This document shows positions 62,685-64,000 of a DNA stretch of 64,000 nucleotides, piece after piece. A program made the translations under genes and the position numbers. Numbering within the stretch: position 1 is the first letter of the stretch; each line of letters starts with the position of its first letter. Under the pieces are notes generated by a model. That model did no database searches and was not told the origin of the DNA. It was given only the letters and a program-made list of their open reading frames with translations. This DNA comes from Candidatus Methanomethylicia archaeon (lineage in GTDB: Archaea; Thermoproteota; Methanomethylicia; Culexarchaeales; Culexarchaeaceae): NCBI GenBank assembly GCA_038727515.1, contig JAVYVS010000003.1:96001-160000 (forward strand), in the 5' to 3' direction.

Positions 62685-64000
62685 TTGGAAACTTTATTAT
62701 CACCTCCAACAGTAATTTATACAAATGATAACAGTGTATTAATAAAATACAATTACAAAATATACAATGGGAATCTGAATCTAATGTATACGTCAAAAGA
62801 TGTTAACTTTAGTTATTTAACTTTAGTAATAATTTCTTTAATACCAACATTCATTAATAAATTAAAGAAAATTGAACTGAAAGGCATAGAGAAAAATCTT
62901 GAAAAGACCATCATAAAGTATGTTAGTTTACTATCGAACTTAAGATTTTTAAATAAAGAAATCACGTATTTGATTTCACGTAGTATAGATTGTGAAAATA
63001 AAATCTTGAAGGAAATGCTTCAATTATATCCGGAAGTTGGTTTTTCATATAAACCTCCCCTTAAATATGAAGAAATAAACAAAATAAAAGCGGTAACGAA
63101 AAAACTACCAGTAAATATTGGGAAGATGTTATCAAATCTATTATTTTATTCAAAGATATTCAATGAATCACTAATGACTATAGAAGGCAACAATTATAAA
63201 TGGGATGCAAAAGTGGTTAGCACTTATGAAAAATGCCATAAAGAAGAAGGATATCCAATAAATATATTCTATATTAGCAAACTTGTTGACGAGAAAAAAT
63301 CAAAGATATATTATCATGTCGACATAGATAAATCATTAATAAGATTAATACCAACATTATGGCTTTTAACTACATATTTGGAGATCAATATACCAAGGGA
63401 AGAATTAATCTTCGGACCAGGTTTTTTGGATAAAATAATAGAAAATAGGATCAATGCCGCAAAAAACTTTTTAAATGAATATTTAGTAGAGGTACCAGTA
63501 AATTTCTTTGAAAAGATATCTATTGCATCAACCTTTGCATCTTTAGGCTTATTAAAGTTAGCACCATTTCTATTAGATCAGAATATTGAAGAAGTATACA
63601 TAGATGCACCTCAAAGGAATATCTATTTAGATCATAGTGAATGGGGGAGATGTGAAACTAACTTGTCATTAAACGAAGAAGATATTGAACGTTTTGCTAC
63701 GTTTTTGAAGGTTGAAAGTGGGTTACAATTAGATCATGGTTCTCCCTCGCTTAAAACAGATATAAATACTAATCTATTTAAATTAAGGGTCTCTATCGAT
63801 GCGTACCCATTAATAGATGAAAAATATTCATTAGTAATTAGAAAGTTTCGAAATAGACCTCTAACAATAATTGATTTAATAAATAACGGCACAATTACTG
63901 TTGATGCAGCAACTTATCTCTTGATATCGCTAGCTCATAGATGCAATATCTTAGTTGTCGGGGAACCTTCATCTGGAAAAACAACATTAATAAATGCATT
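62685..64000 (+). CDS. type II/IV secretion system ATPase (VirB11/CpaF/FlaI family), runs off window
   Basis: Open frame from TTG 62685 read manually; GLLKLAPFLLDQNIEEVYID, VIRKF, Walker A GEPSSGKTT at window end; start uncertain. Confidence 0.85.
   Translation, partial: METLLSPPTVIYTNDNSVLIKYNYKIYNGNLNLMYTSKDVNFSYLTLVIISLIPTFINKLKKIELKGIEKNLEKTIIKYVSLLSNLRFLNKEITYLISRSIDCENKILKEMLQLYPEVGFSYKPPLKYEEINKIKAVTKKLPVNIGKMLSNLLFYSKIFNESLMTIEGNNYKWDAKVVSTYEKCHKEEGYPINIFYISKLVDEKKSKIYYHVDIDKSLIRLIPTLWLLTTYLEINIPREELIFGPGFLDKIIENRINAAKNFLNEYLVEVPVNFFEKISIASTFASLGLLKLAPFLLDQNIEEVYIDAPQRNIYLDHSEWGRCETNLSLNEEDIERFATFLKVESGLQLDHGSPSLKTDINTNLFKLRVSIDAYPLIDEKYSLVIRKFRNRPLTIIDLINNGTITVDAATYLLISLAHRCNILVVGEPSSGKTTLINA

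Overview
AT-rich archaeal chromosome segment. Gene content and order (SmAP3-type Lsm, short TgtA without PUA, non-catalytic EndA subunit, NusA paralog, rpl3-4-23-2, srp54-trmY-pus10-rpl21e-rpoF-DUF655-ksgA) point to a TACK/Thermoproteota lineage; the exact taxon cannot be fixed from sequence alone. Most of the window is housekeeping: translation and RNA-modification genes, four aminoacyl-tRNA synthetases, 7 tRNAs (two with introns, one in the D-loop), SRP RNA, cdc48 and fen1. Notable parts: (i) a tightly packed operon joining a 2-oxoacid:ferredoxin oxidoreductase (alpha, beta, gamma; no delta) to an MvhDGA [NiFe]-hydrogenase, with no hdr genes in the window; (ii) a ~5.5 kb decayed element integrated at tRNA-Arg(CCT), carrying integrase, IS, Cdc6/Orc1, HEPN and probable RM remnants, an apparently intact ClC gene and a 112-bp inverted-repeat cassette; (iii) at least two conserved genes that seem to need ATT/ATA start codons; (iv) a perfectly identical 51-bp tract shared by the D1 and D2 halves of cdc48; (v) a divergent TFB paralog directly upstream of a type II/IV secretion ATPase; (vi) a 49-aa four-CxxC microprotein missed by the ORF track. 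No CRISPR array or rRNA was seen. All calls come from motif recognition by eye, without database searches.
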